Positions 21,310 through 30,630 of a stretch of 64,000 nt of DNA are shown piece by piece. The DNA is taken from NCBI GenBank assembly GCA_004356015.1, contig SMYD01000104.1, forward strand, positions 10,221 to 74,220, written 5' to 3'. The stretch comes from Acidobacteriota bacterium. GTDB taxonomy: Bacteria > Acidobacteriota > Polarisedimenticolia > SMYD01. The position numbers and the translations under genes were made by a program. The notes under the pieces were generated by a model that searched no databases, was not told where the DNA came from, and was given only the letters and a program-made list of their open reading frames with translations. Every line of letters begins with the position of its first letter. Within the stretch, counting starts at the first letter, position 1.

Positions 21310-22920
21310 TTGACCACGGCGCCATCCTCGGATCTCTGGTCGCGATACGGGGGCCGGCGCGCAGGGGCGGCAGCTTTTTCGGGGCTGCTGGCTGCCCAGG
21401 CCTTTCCCTCTGCGGATCTGGCGCCCCTGGCATGGGTCGCACTGATCCCGCTGCTGGCTGTCCTGTGTCATGACGCGCCGGACGTGGGCGCCTGGCATGG
21501 TTTTCTGCAGGGTGTGGTTTTCTATCTTGTTCTCCTCTCCTGGATACCGCAGGTGGTGGCGGGATACGGTGGACTCGGGCTGGCGCTGGGTTGGCTGGTG
21601 GGGCTCCTCCTGGTGGTTGTCCTGGCGGGCTTTCATGCGCTGTTCGGTGCGTGGCAGGCGTGGCTGCATGGGCGTCTCGGATTGGCAGCGCTGCTGGCGG
21701 CTCCGGCGGGCTGGGTGTTGCTGGCGGAAGGTCTGCGAAACTGGCCTCTGGGCGGATTTCCCTGGGGATTTCTCGGCTACAGCCAGCATGGAATCCCGGG
21801 AATGCTGCGACTGGCGCCCTGGATCGGGGTCTCCGGGCTTTCTCTTGTCCTGGTCGGCTTCTCCGCGCTCTCCGTGGCTGCTTTCTCGCCGGGGAAGCGG
21901 GCGATATGGCGGCGCACCGGGCTCCTTCTGGTCGCCCTGATTCTCGTCCTGGTGCTGTTGCCTGCATGGCCGCTGCCGCCTGCGGCCGGTGAGCCGCTCA
22001 CCGTGGCGGCCATTCAGGGTGATGTGCGCCAGGATGAAAAATGGCAGGATTCTCGCCGGGTCGAGATTCTGGACCGCCATCTGGATCTGACCCGCCGGGC
22101 CCTGGCCGGCGGCGCCCGCCTCATCCTCTGGCCCGAGTCATCCACAGTGGAACAGCTCTCCGAAAGTCCGGCCTTGCGGGCGCGCCTGGGCAACCTGCTT
22201 CGCCCGTCCGGCGCGCGCGCCATCGTGGGCAGTGTGTACCGCCTGCCGGGAGGGGGATACACCAACGCCGCGTTCCTGGTGGATTCCCAGGGGAGCCTGC
22301 TTGAACGATATGACAAGGTTCACCTGGTCCCTTTCGGGGAGACAGTCCCTCTGGCCGGGCTCCTGTTCTTTGTGAAGCCGCTGGTCGAGGCCGTGGGTGA
22401 TTTTCGGCCCGGAAAAACCGTCGGTCTCATGGGTCACGATCTGGATCTGCGCCGGTCCACGGTGGCCAGGTCCGGAGCAGGGGAGGCGACGCCGTTTGGC
22501 ATGTCCATCTGCTACGAGATCATTTACGGATCCATGGTGGCGGAGCAGGTGCGACGGGGGGCGACGTTCCTGACCACCATCACCAACGATGCGTGGTTCG
22601 GGAGGACGGCCGCGCCCGCACAGCACTTCGCCATGGCGGTCCTGCGGGCAGCCGAGACGAGGCGCTGGCTCGTGCGCTCCGCCAACACGGGTATCTCCGG
22701 TCTTGTGGCTCCCGATGGTCGGGTTGTGCAGGCCACGGGTCTGTTCGTACCCGCCCTTGTGCAGGGGACCCTGGTGCCCCGGCGGGATCTGACATTCTAC
22801 GTGCGGTATCCTCAGGCGCTGTCCCAGGCCTGTGTTATGATTCTTCTTCTCGCGGCCGCTCTGGCCGCATTCTGGAATCCACATGGTCATGCTGGAAGAT
22901 TGCCGAAGCCATCACGATAA
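21310..22920 (+). CDS. lnt: Apolipoprotein N-acyltransferase
   Basis: Multi-TM N-terminus and a C-N hydrolase domain with the catalytic Cys in the CYEIIYG context. The exact start (TTG at 21310 or downstream) is uncertain. Confidence 0.85.
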   Translation: MTTAPSSDLWSRYGGRRAGAAAFSGLLAAQAFPSADLAPLAWVALIPLLAVLCHDAPDVGAWHGFLQGVVFYLVLLSWIPQVVAGYGGLGLALGWLVGLLLVVVLAGFHALFGAWQAWLHGRLGLAALLAAPAGWVLLAEGLRNWPLGGFPWGFLGYSQHGIPGMLRLAPWIGVSGLSLVLVGFSALSVAAFSPGKRAIWRRTGLLLVALILVLVLLPAWPLPPAAGEPLTVAAIQGDVRQDEKWQDSRRVEILDRHLDLTRRALAGGARLILWPESSTVEQLSESPALRARLGNLLRPSGARAIVGSVYRLPGGGYTNAAFLVDSQGSLLERYDKVHLVPFGETVPLAGLLFFVKPLVEAVGDFRPGKTVGLMGHDLDLRRSTVARSGAGEATPFGMSICYEIIYGSMVAEQVRRGATFLTTITNDAWFGRTAAPAQHFAMAVLRAAETRRWLVRSANTGISGLVAPDGRVVQATGLFVPALVQGTLVPRRDLTFYVRYPQALSQACVMILLLAAALAAFWNPHGHAGRLPKPSR

Positions 22921-24038
22921 GCTCACGCAGCGCGTGGACGAGCTGCGGAGGTTCCTTTGACCGGGCCGCTACGGAGACGAGCCTGGCCAGGCTGGATGTG
23001 GACATGGGGCGGCCGGGTTTCTGGGACGATGCCGAGAAGGCCCGGGAGGTCACCCGCCGGCGCCAGACACTGACCAATCGCCTGGATTCAGTGCGGGGAT
23101 TGGATGAACTGGCTGACGATGCGCAGGCGCTGAGAGAGCTCTGGGATGAAGGCGAGGATGCGGAGGAAGATTTTCGCAGCGTCTTGACGCGTCTTGACAC
23201 AGCCGTTCAGGATCTGGAAATCAGTACGCTGCTCTCCGGGGAAGAGGATGGATCCAATGCCATCTTCACCCTCCATGCAGGGGCCGGCGGCACGGAATCC
23301 ATGGATTGGGCTCAGATGCTGCTGCGCATGTACCTGCGTTACTTCGAACGCAAGGGGTACAAGGTCAGCATCCTGGACGAGCAGGCGGGGGAGGAGGCCG
23401 GCATCAAGGGGGCGACCCTGGAGGTGCAGGGGCCCATGGCATACGGGTATCTGAAGGTGGAAGAGGGTGTCCACCGTCTGGTACGCATCTCTCCCTTTGA
23501 CGCGGCCGCTCGCCGCCACACCTCCTTCGCCTCGGTGGCGGTGGTGCCGGAAGTGGCCGATGAGGTGGAGATCGAGATCGACGATAAGGACCTGAGAATC
23601 GACACCTATCGTTCCTCGGGAGCCGGCGGCCAGCATGTGAATGTGACCGACAGTGCGGTGCGTATCACCCACATGCCCAGCGGTATCGTGGTCTCCTGCC
23701 AGAATGAGCGCTCCCAGCACAAGAACAAGGCCATGGCCATGAAAGTGCTGCGTTCGCGTCTGGCTGACAAGGCACGGGCCGAGCTGGATGCCGAGCGCCA
23801 GGCCCGTGAAGATGAGAAGAAGGAGATCGCCTTCGGAAATCAGATACGCTCCTACGTCCTGCATCCCTATCGGATGGTCAAGGACCATCGCACGAATCTC
23901 GAGATAGGTGACGTGGACCGTGTCCTGGACGGAGATCTCGATCGTCTGATTCACGCCGAATTGAAGAATCGGCGGCAACATTCTGCCTCAGAAGTTGCCC
24001 TCCCACCGTCGACTCCAGGGACTCGTGGAGATTCCTAA
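22883..24038 (+). CDS. prfB: Peptide chain release factor 2, made by a programmed +1 ribosomal frameshift (join 22883..22957, 22959..24038)
   Basis: Frame 0 reads ATG...CGG AGG TTC CTT TGA C, giving MVMLEDCRSHHDKLTQRVDELRRFL then stop. The +1 frame continues DRAATETSLARLDV... through an SPF motif and GGQ (SGAGGQHVN). This is the canonical CUU UGA C site with an upstream SD-like AGG. Confidence 0.9.
22946..22961 (+). promoter_or_regulatory. prfB autoregulatory +1 frameshift site (internal SD-like GGAGG, slippery CUU, in-frame UGA followed by C)
   Basis: CGG AGG TTC CTT TGA C read directly at 22946-22961. Matches the conserved RF2 recoding signal. Confidence 0.85.
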
Positions 24039-24049
24039 GTCCATTTGAT

Positions 24050-24104
24050 TTGACAGGTTAAGAGGTGAGTGCTACATTGGCACTCGTCTGTGATGAGTGC
24101 CAAT
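24050..24104 (+). promoter_or_regulatory. sigma-70-type promoter (TTGACA 24050-24055, 18-nt spacer, TACATT 24074-24079) with a CIRCE operator TTGGCACTC-N9-GAGTGCCAA (24078-24104)
   Basis: Perfect 9-bp inverted repeat with a 9-nt spacer, one mismatch per arm from consensus TTAGCACTC-N9-GAGTGCTAA. Lies 36 nt upstream of hrcA. A second overlapping palindrome GAGTGC-N7-GCACTC sits at 24068-24086. Confidence 0.8.
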
Positions 24105-24139
24105 GTGGGCGTTGATGCAGTGCTTGAGATGGAAAACCC

Positions 24140-25255
24140 GTGAGCCAGATCGACCTCAGTGAACGCCAGCGGCAAGTCCTCGCCACCGTGGTGGCGCACT
24201 ATGTGGTGAGCGGCTCCCCGGTGGGCAGCCGGACGATCTCCAAGGCACGACCGGACCACCTTTCTCCGGCCAGTATCCGGAACACAATGGCGGATCTCGA
24301 GGAAATGGGCTACCTGGCGCAGCCCCATACCTCCGCCGGCCGGGTCCCTACAGATCTTGGCTACCGTTTTTACGTGGACAGCCTCATGTCCCAGCGGCCC
24401 CCGGGCAAAGATGACCTGGAGACCATGCGGCATGTTCTGCTGGCCAGCGAGAATGACCAGGGAATCGATGAGATCCTCAGTCGCAGTGTGAAACTCCTCG
24501 CCGGGCTCAGTTCCCAGGTGGGAGTGGTTCTCGCGCCCCGTTTCTCACACGCGGTCCTCAAACGCCTGGAGTTCCTGCGTATCTCGGAAGACCGGGTTCT
24601 GGCGCTCTTCATCTCCCAGACCGGCATGGTGGACCATCGGATTGTCCCCATGAAGGAAAGTCTCAGCGAAGCTGAACTCACGGCGGTGAACAACCTGGTC
24701 AACGAGAATTTTGCGGGGCTGACATTGCCGGAAATCCGCAGCCGGGTTCTGCAGATGATGCGCCAGGAGAAGGCTCTCTATGATCGCTTACTGGCCCGGG
24801 CCATGGAGATGTCCAGCCACTACCTGGACCAGCGGGAGGAGGGTGCCGACGAGCTCTTGGTGGACGGCACCTTCAATGTGGTTGGGGAACCCGATTTCGC
24901 CGATGTGGAGCAGATGAAGCGGCTTTTCAAGGCCTTCGAGGACAAGAATCGGCTGGTGGAATTGCTCAACGCCTGTCTCCAGCAGAACAAGCCGCAGGTG
25001 ATCATCGGCAAGGAGTGCCTGGATCCGGGGTTCGAAGATCTGACCATCATCAGCTCGCCTTATCGCTATCGTGAAAGACCTGTGGGTGCCCTGGCTGTCA
25101 TCGGTCCCCGGCGAATGGACTACGAGCGCCTGATCACACTGGTGGATTCATTCTCCCGCTTCCTGACGGAATCTCTGGCGAGGCGGACGCGGATGACCGG
25201 GAGTGAACAGGCTGAACATCAAAAGAATGGGACGGAGGACACCTGTGACCCGTGA
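24140..25255 (+). CDS. hrcA: Heat-inducible transcription repressor HrcA
   Basis: N-terminal winged-helix (ERQRQVLATVVAHYV...GSRTISK) and HrcA C-terminal domain. First gene of hrcA-grpE-dnaK-dnaJ, preceded by CIRCE. Confidence 0.9.
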   Translation: MSQIDLSERQRQVLATVVAHYVVSGSPVGSRTISKARPDHLSPASIRNTMADLEEMGYLAQPHTSAGRVPTDLGYRFYVDSLMSQRPPGKDDLETMRHVLLASENDQGIDEILSRSVKLLAGLSSQVGVVLAPRFSHAVLKRLEFLRISEDRVLALFISQTGMVDHRIVPMKESLSEAELTAVNNLVNENFAGLTLPEIRSRVLQMMRQEKALYDRLLARAMEMSSHYLDQREEGADELLVDGTFNVVGEPDFADVEQMKRLFKAFEDKNRLVELLNACLQQNKPQVIIGKECLDPGFEDLTIISSPYRYRERPVGALAVIGPRRMDYERLITLVDSFSRFLTESLARRTRMTGSEQAEHQKNGTEDTCDP

Positions 25256-25916
25256 GCCGCGCACGCCGGATGAGGATGTCCAGCCGGCTGAGGTGAGCCC
25301 CGCCGAGGATGGGGAGGTTGAGATCCTTGAAATCGAAGGGATGCCAGCCGACGCTGCGCCGCCAGCCGCAGGGGTGGCCACGCCCTGCACCGCCGGCGAG
25401 AGTGACGGGGAAGAGGACTCTGCCACGGGGGGCGGAGGCTCCGGCAGCCCCGTTGATGATGGCAGCCCGGCGGCCATGATCGAGACACTGGAAGGGGATC
25501 TTCTGCGGATCCGTGCCGATTTCGAGAATTTTCGGCGGCGGAGCCTCAGGGAGAAGGAAGAGTTGCAGATACGTGCCGCCGAGGGTCTCCTGGAGCGACT
25601 CTTGCCCGCAATTGATAACTTCAAGCGCGCCATGCTCGCGGGTGGTGAGAGCGATGCTGACGGGGGATTTCGGGAGGGGATGGAGATGGTGTTTCGTCAG
25701 TTCATGGAAGCCATTGAAAAAGAAGGGCTTGAGCAGATTGAAACGGCCGGAGTCGAGTTCGATCCCAACCTTCACGAAGCCGTGGCGCGGGATGAAACCA
25801 CGGAAGTCGAGGCCAATACCATCACCGCGGAACTGGAGCCGGGATACAGGTTTCGGGGCCGTCTGCTGAAGCCTGCCCGGGTGCGCGTGGCTGTCCGGCC
25901 CCCCGATCCGTCCTGA
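25245..25916 (+). CDS. grpE: Nucleotide exchange factor GrpE
   Basis: GrpE core (LLRIRADFENFRRR...LPAIDNFKRAM...TITAELEPGY). GTG at 25245 is preferred because a strong GGAGGA sits 5 nt upstream; the track ORF begins at 25203 and overlaps the hrcA end. Confidence 0.85.
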   Translation: MTREPRTPDEDVQPAEVSPAEDGEVEILEIEGMPADAAPPAAGVATPCTAGESDGEEDSATGGGGSGSPVDDGSPAAMIETLEGDLLRIRADFENFRRRSLREKEELQIRAAEGLLERLLPAIDNFKRAMLAGGESDADGGFREGMEMVFRQFMEAIEKEGLEQIETAGVEFDPNLHEAVARDETTEVEANTITAELEPGYRFRGRLLKPARVRVAVRPPDPS

Positions 25917-25930
25917 GAAACGTTCCATCT

Positions 25931-25959
25931 TTGCCAGTGCGCCCCTGCGGCCATATATT
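25931..25959 (+). promoter_or_regulatory. Candidate internal promoter for dnaK (TTGCCA, 14-17 nt spacer, CCATATAT/TATATT; sigma-32-like or sigma-70-like)
   Basis: TTGCCA at 25931-25936 and CCATATAT at 25951-25958 fit the sigma-32 pattern TTGAAA-N13-15-CCCCATNT loosely. TATATT at 25954-25959 with a 17-nt spacer also fits sigma-70. Confidence 0.35.
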
Positions 25960-26000
25960 GCCCAGGAAGTGACGCGCCTCCGCGTCCTGACGGGAGCATC

Positions 26001-27860
26001 ATGGCACGCATGATCGGTATCGATCTGGGGACGACCAACTGCTGTGTGGCAGTTGTGGAGGGAGCGCGCCCGGAGGTCATCCCCAGCAAGGAGGGAAGCC
26101 GCACGGTGCCGTCGGTGGTCGGATTCACAGCCAAGGGTGACCGGCTCGTGGGTCAGATTGCCAAGCGTCAGGCGGTCACCAATCCCACCAACACCGTTTA
26201 CGCAGTCAAGCGCCTCATCGGCCGGAAATACAACTCGCCTGAAGTCCAGAAGGCGCGGGGCCTCATGCCTTACGCCATCACCGAGGCCGTCAACGGTGAC
26301 GTACGCATTCGCATCCTCGACAAGGATTATTCTCCCCAGGAACTGTCAGCCGTGATCCTGGGACGGTTGAAGGCCATGGCCGAGGAACATCTGGGCTGCG
26401 ATGTGAGCGAGGCCATCATCACGGTACCTGCTTATTTCGACGACTCGCAGCGTCAGGCCACCCGGGATGCAGGACGCATCGCCGGATTGAAGGTAGCCAG
26501 GATCATCAACGAGCCCACGGCCGCAGCGCTGGCCTTCGGTCTCGATGATGAATCCGATCGCACCGTGGCGGTATTCGATCTGGGCGGTGGAACCTTTGAT
26601 GTGTCCATCCTGCGCATCGGGGAGGGTGTCTTCGAGGTCAAGGCCACAAGCGGAGATACCTTCCTGGGTGGGGAAGATTTCGACCAGAGGATTGTGGAAT
26701 GGCTTCTGGCAGAGTTTCAGCAGCAATCGGGCATTGACCTCAAGGGTGACACCCTGGCTCTCCAGCGCCTCAAGGAGGCGGCGGAGAAGGCCAAGTGTGA
26801 GCTGTCGCTCTTGACTCAGACGGAGATCAAGCTGCCGTTCATCTGTTCCGATAAAAGCGGTCCCAAGCACCTCAGCCTGGCTCTTACCCGGGAAAAACTG
26901 GAAGAAATGGTCCGCGACCTGGTGGAGCGCACGGAAGACCCGTGCCGGGAAGCTCTCACGCTGGCGGGAATGGCGGCGGATGAGGTGGATGACGTGCTCC
27001 TGGTGGGCGGGCAGGCCAAGATGCCCCTTGTCATCGAGACCGTGCGCAGAATTTTCGGCCGGGATCCGAACCAGAACGAAAATCCCGACGAGGTCGTGGG
27101 TATCGGCGCCGCCGTGCAGGCGGGAATCATTCAGGGTGATATCAAGGACCTGGTGCTGCTGGATGTGACGCCGCTCTCCCTGGGACTGGAGACCCGTGGC
27201 GGCATGTTCACCAAGCTCATCGAGCGCTCATCCACCATTCCCACCCGGCGCAAGAAAACGTTCACCACGGTCATGGACAATCAGTCCAAGGTGGAGATCA
27301 ATGTGCTGCAGGGCGAGCGCGAAATTGCCGCGCACAACCGTTCTCTGGGCAAGTTCGAGTTGGTGGGTATTTCACCGGCGCCCAAGGGTGTTCCCCAGGT
27401 GGAAGTCTGCTTTGATATTGATTCCAACGGCATCGTGAATGTTTCGGCCAGGGACCTCTCCACCGGCAAGCAGCAGAAGATCGTGGTGACCCCTTCCTCG
27501 GGCCTCAGCGAGCGGGAAATCACCTCCATCATCGAGGACGCCAAGGTCAATGAGGAAGAAGATCGCAAGAAAGCTGAACTCGGCCGGCTGACTTCCAGGA
27601 TCGAGGGGCTTCTGGAAAGCAATATCAAGACCTTCTCGGAGTTCGGTGAGATGCTGGACAAGGAGAAGCAGGAATACGTACGGACCGTTCTTGATTCTGC
27701 GCGGCGCGCCGTGGCGGGAAACTCGGTCTCAGAGGCAACACAGGTTCTGGAAAAACTGGGGGAAGTCTCCCAGATTCTGACCGACGTCATGCTCTATGAT
27801 CCAAATACCTTCCAGTCGGAAACCGATGCGGAGGTGGACCAGGAAAGCGAGAGCGGATAG
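26001..27860 (+). CDS. dnaK: Molecular chaperone DnaK (Hsp70)
   Basis: IDLGTTN signature, DLGGGTFD and IVLVGGQAKMP motifs, and a C-terminal lid with an acidic tail. 619 aa. Confidence 0.97.
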   Translation: MARMIGIDLGTTNCCVAVVEGARPEVIPSKEGSRTVPSVVGFTAKGDRLVGQIAKRQAVTNPTNTVYAVKRLIGRKYNSPEVQKARGLMPYAITEAVNGDVRIRILDKDYSPQELSAVILGRLKAMAEEHLGCDVSEAIITVPAYFDDSQRQATRDAGRIAGLKVARIINEPTAAALAFGLDDESDRTVAVFDLGGGTFDVSILRIGEGVFEVKATSGDTFLGGEDFDQRIVEWLLAEFQQQSGIDLKGDTLALQRLKEAAEKAKCELSLLTQTEIKLPFICSDKSGPKHLSLALTREKLEEMVRDLVERTEDPCREALTLAGMAADEVDDVLLVGGQAKMPLVIETVRRIFGRDPNQNENPDEVVGIGAAVQAGIIQGDIKDLVLLDVTPLSLGLETRGGMFTKLIERSSTIPTRRKKTFTTVMDNQSKVEINVLQGEREIAAHNRSLGKFELVGISPAPKGVPQVEVCFDIDSNGIVNVSARDLSTGKQQKIVVTPSSGLSEREITSIIEDAKVNEEEDRKKAELGRLTSRIEGLLESNIKTFSEFGEMLDKEKQEYVRTVLDSARRAVAGNSVSEATQVLEKLGEVSQILTDVMLYDPNTFQSETDAEVDQESESG

Positions 27861-27893
27861 AGCCGGGCCAAGCAATCATCGCGGCAACGGTTC

Positions 27894-29009
27894 ATGGGAG
27901 GCTGGTTGTCCAAGCGAGACTATTACGAAGTTCTGGGCGTCCAGCGGGATGCCGACCTGGGCGTGGTGAAGAAGGCTTACCGGCGCCTGGCAGTGCGCTT
28001 TCATCCCGACAGGAATCCCGATAATCCGGAGGCCGAGGAACGCTTCAAGGAAGCGGCCGAGGCCTATCAGGTGCTCTCGGACCAGGAGCAGCGTCAACGT
28101 TATGACGCCTATGGACATGCCGGCCTGGGGGGTGGCTTCGGGGGCATCAACCCCGATGCGTTCACCGACTTCAACGATGTTCTGGGCAATATCTTCGCCG
28201 ACTTTTTCGGTGGCGGCAGAAGGAGTCGCACAGGCCCGGGGCAGGGTGATGATCTGCGGTTCGACATGGAAATCGATTTTCTGGAGTCGATCCACGGCAT
28301 GGAGACCACCATTCGCGTGCCCCGCACCGAGACCTGTGCAGCATGCGGGGGCAACGGTGCCGCATCTGCAGCGGACGTCACATCCTGTTCAACCTGTGGT
28401 GGTGCCGGCCAGGTTCGCTACAGCCAGGGCTTCTTCTCCGTCAGCCGGACCTGCCCCACCTGTCGCGGGCAGGGCCGCCAGGTCAAACGACCCTGTCCTG
28501 CCTGCTCCGGCCAGGGGCGCGTGCGCAAGGAACGCGGTCTCAGCGTGCGGATTCCAGCAGGTGTGAGCAACGGGGCGCGGCTGCGGCTCGCCGGTGAAGG
28601 CGAAGGAGGCGTGGGTGGAGGGCCTCCGGGAGACCTCTACGTTGTCCTGCAAGTCCGCGAACACCCTGATTTTCAGCGGGATGGTGACAACCTGTTCTGC
28701 ATGGTTCCCATCACCTTTTCCCAGGCCGCACTGGGCGCCGATCTGAAGGTGCCCACGGTGCATGGGGCTTCCATACTGACCATCCCCGCCGGCACCCAGT
28801 CCGGGCGCACCTTCCGCCTCAAGGGCCAGGGGGTGCCTCGCCTGGGACGCCAGGGCCGGGGCGACCAGATGGTCACGGTTCACGTGGAGACGCCCCGCCG
28901 GCTGGGCAAGCGGTCCAGGGCACTTCTGGAGGAACTGGCGGCGGCGGAAGGGGCTCCCCGCGCCAGTGGTCCCGGCCTGTTTGCACGGGTCCGGGATCTC
29001 CTGAGCTGA
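27894..29009 (+). CDS. dnaJ: Molecular chaperone DnaJ (Hsp40)
   Basis: J-domain with HPD (RFHPDRNPD), a G/F-rich region and four CxxCxGxG zinc-finger repeats, then the C-terminal substrate-binding domains. Confidence 0.95.
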   Translation: MGGWLSKRDYYEVLGVQRDADLGVVKKAYRRLAVRFHPDRNPDNPEAEERFKEAAEAYQVLSDQEQRQRYDAYGHAGLGGGFGGINPDAFTDFNDVLGNIFADFFGGGRRSRTGPGQGDDLRFDMEIDFLESIHGMETTIRVPRTETCAACGGNGAASAADVTSCSTCGGAGQVRYSQGFFSVSRTCPTCRGQGRQVKRPCPACSGQGRVRKERGLSVRIPAGVSNGARLRLAGEGEGGVGGGPPGDLYVVLQVREHPDFQRDGDNLFCMVPITFSQAALGADLKVPTVHGASILTIPAGTQSGRTFRLKGQGVPRLGRQGRGDQMVTVHVETPRRLGKRSRALLEELAAAEGAPRASGPGLFARVRDLLS

Positions 29010-29252
29010 AGACAATCCACCGGTCCCCGGGAGGCTCATTACACCACCGACGAGTTGTTTTTCACCGGCACGGCGGTGGAAATCACTCCCATTCGCAGTG
29101 TCGATCGCTTCACTGTCGGTGCAGGCCGCCGGGGCGAAGTCACACGCACCCTTCAGGAAGCTTGTTTTCCGCCTGGTCCCCGGGGTGCGTCGGTGGACCC
29201 CCATGGCTGGCTGACGCCCCTGCAAGCCGTGGAGAGCCAGTCGGCGGGTTGA
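29010..29252 (+). pseudogene. ilvE: Truncated remnant (C-terminal ~80 codons) of a class IV branched-chain amino-acid aminotransferase (ilvE-like)
   Basis: An open frame starting immediately after the dnaJ TGA encodes REAHYTTDELFFTGTAVEITPIRSVDRFTVGAGRRGEVTRTLQEACF...HGWLTPL. This matches the conserved C-terminus of IlvE/BCAT (E. coli ...[39 protein letters not shown]...WGWLDQV). The N-terminal ~230 codons and the PLP-lysine region are absent. Confidence 0.7.
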
Positions 29253-29265
29253 CTCCCCCGATTTC

Positions 29266-29294
29266 TTGACTCCCTCCCAGCCCGAACTTAGATT
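29266..29294 (+). promoter_or_regulatory. Candidate sigma-70 promoter for pilT (TTGACT, 17-nt spacer, TAGATT); TTGACTCCC is directly repeated at 29249 and 29266
   Basis: Hexamers and spacing read directly; about 60 nt upstream of the pilT start. Confidence 0.35.
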
Positions 29295-29354
29295 CAGCCC
29301 CGACCGTCGGGTCTCGCTTGACGAGCCCGGTTGCCTTTCCATGGAGGATTGCCG

Positions 29355-30524
29355 GTGCATATCAATGATCTTCTCAAGGTCGCCTGTGATCGCGGCGCCT
29401 CGGATCTCCATCTCAAGGTCGGATCCCATCCCGTCATCCGGATTGATGGTCGCCTGACGCCCCTTCTGGATGCCAAGCGCCTCCTGCAGGAGGACACCAT
29501 CTCCATGGCGTTTGCGATCATGTCAGGCCGCCAGAAACAGAAATTCAAAGAAAATCTGGAAATTGACTTCGCGTACTCGGTTCCCGGTTTCGGTCGGTTC
29601 CGCTGCAACGTCTTCCAGCAGCGGGGAGCCGTGGGCCTTGTTCTCCGGGTCATCCCGGCGAAAATCCTGAACGTCCGCGATTTGCTCCTTCCGCCGATCA
29701 TAGAAACAGTGGCCGAGGAGCGCCGGGGCCTCATCCTGGTGACAGGGACCACGGGCTCGGGTAAATCCACGACCCTGGCGGCCATGCTGGATTACATCAA
29801 TTCGACCCGTTCTGAACACATCATGACCATCGAGGACCCCATCGAGTTTCTTCACCGGGACAAGAAGTCTCTGGTCAATCAGCGCGAAGTTGAGGTGGAT
29901 ACCAAGAATTTCGCTCAGGCGCTGCGATCTGCCCTGCGCCAGGATCCTGATGTGATCCTGGTGGGTGAGATGCGCGACTATGAAACCATCGAGACGGCGT
30001 TGACCTCGGCGGAGACCGGGCACCTTGTCCTCTCCACCCTGCATACGCTGGATGCCACAGAGACGATCCACAGGATCATCACCGTCTTTCCCCCGCACCA
30101 GCAGAAGCAGATCCGTCTGCAGCTGTCCAGTGTTCTCAAGGCGGTCATCTCCATGCGGCTGATCCCCCGGGCCGACGGCAAGGGCAGAGTTCCCGCCGTC
30201 GAAGTGCTTCGTTCCACCGGGTATATTCGCGAGTGCATCGAGGTCAAGGAGAAGACGAAGCTGATCCGGGACGCCATTGCCACGGGCACCTCGCAGTACG
30301 GCATGCAGACTTTTGACCAGTCCATCTTTAAGCTGTACAAAAAGGAACTCATCACCCTTGAGGAGGCTCTGCGCCGCGCCACCAATCCCGATGAATTCCG
30401 CTTGAAGATTCAGGGGATCGAATCGACGGCCGACGCTGCCCTGGGCGAAATGGAAAGCACCCTCCATGAGCATGGTGACGGTTCCGGTGGCACCGACTCG
30501 CCCTTTGATTTCTCCCACGGCTGA
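29355..30524 (+). CDS. pilT: Type IV pilus retraction ATPase PilT (twitching motility protein)
   Basis: Walker A GTTGSGKST, Asp box, His box and the PilT-specific AIRTSLRQDPD-like region (ALRSALRQDPDVILVGEMRD). GTG at 29355 follows GGAGG at 29344-29348; the track ORF opens at 29331. Confidence 0.85.
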   Translation: MHINDLLKVACDRGASDLHLKVGSHPVIRIDGRLTPLLDAKRLLQEDTISMAFAIMSGRQKQKFKENLEIDFAYSVPGFGRFRCNVFQQRGAVGLVLRVIPAKILNVRDLLLPPIIETVAEERRGLILVTGTTGSGKSTTLAAMLDYINSTRSEHIMTIEDPIEFLHRDKKSLVNQREVEVDTKNFAQALRSALRQDPDVILVGEMRDYETIETALTSAETGHLVLSTLHTLDATETIHRIITVFPPHQQKQIRLQLSSVLKAVISMRLIPRADGKGRVPAVEVLRSTGYIRECIEVKEKTKLIRDAIATGTSQYGMQTFDQSIFKLYKKELITLEEALRRATNPDEFRLKIQGIESTADAALGEMESTLHEHGDGSGGTDSPFDFSHG

Positions 30525-30552
30525 TGCGCCTTCCGCCGGCCGGTAGTGGTCA

Positions 30553-30581
30553 TTGGCGGCCTCCCCGGCGCCGTCTATAAT
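30553..30581 (+). promoter_or_regulatory. Candidate alaS promoter (TTGGCG, 17-nt spacer, TATAAT at 30576-30581)
   Basis: Perfect -10 hexamer about 50 nt upstream of the alaS ATG; the -35 element matches 4/6. Confidence 0.35.
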
Positions 30582-30630
30582 CTCGTTTTTCTCCGGAACC
30601 ATGCAACCGCCAGGGCGGGGAGACACTGAG

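Noticed and set aside
27894-29252. Possibility that dnaJ and the ilvE fragment form one fused gene (same frame, separated only by TGA)
   Set aside because: DnaJ ends with a typical native C-terminus, and the in-frame arrangement has a one-in-three chance. With no evidence of read-through it is treated as a remnant, but the stop codon should be verified in reads.
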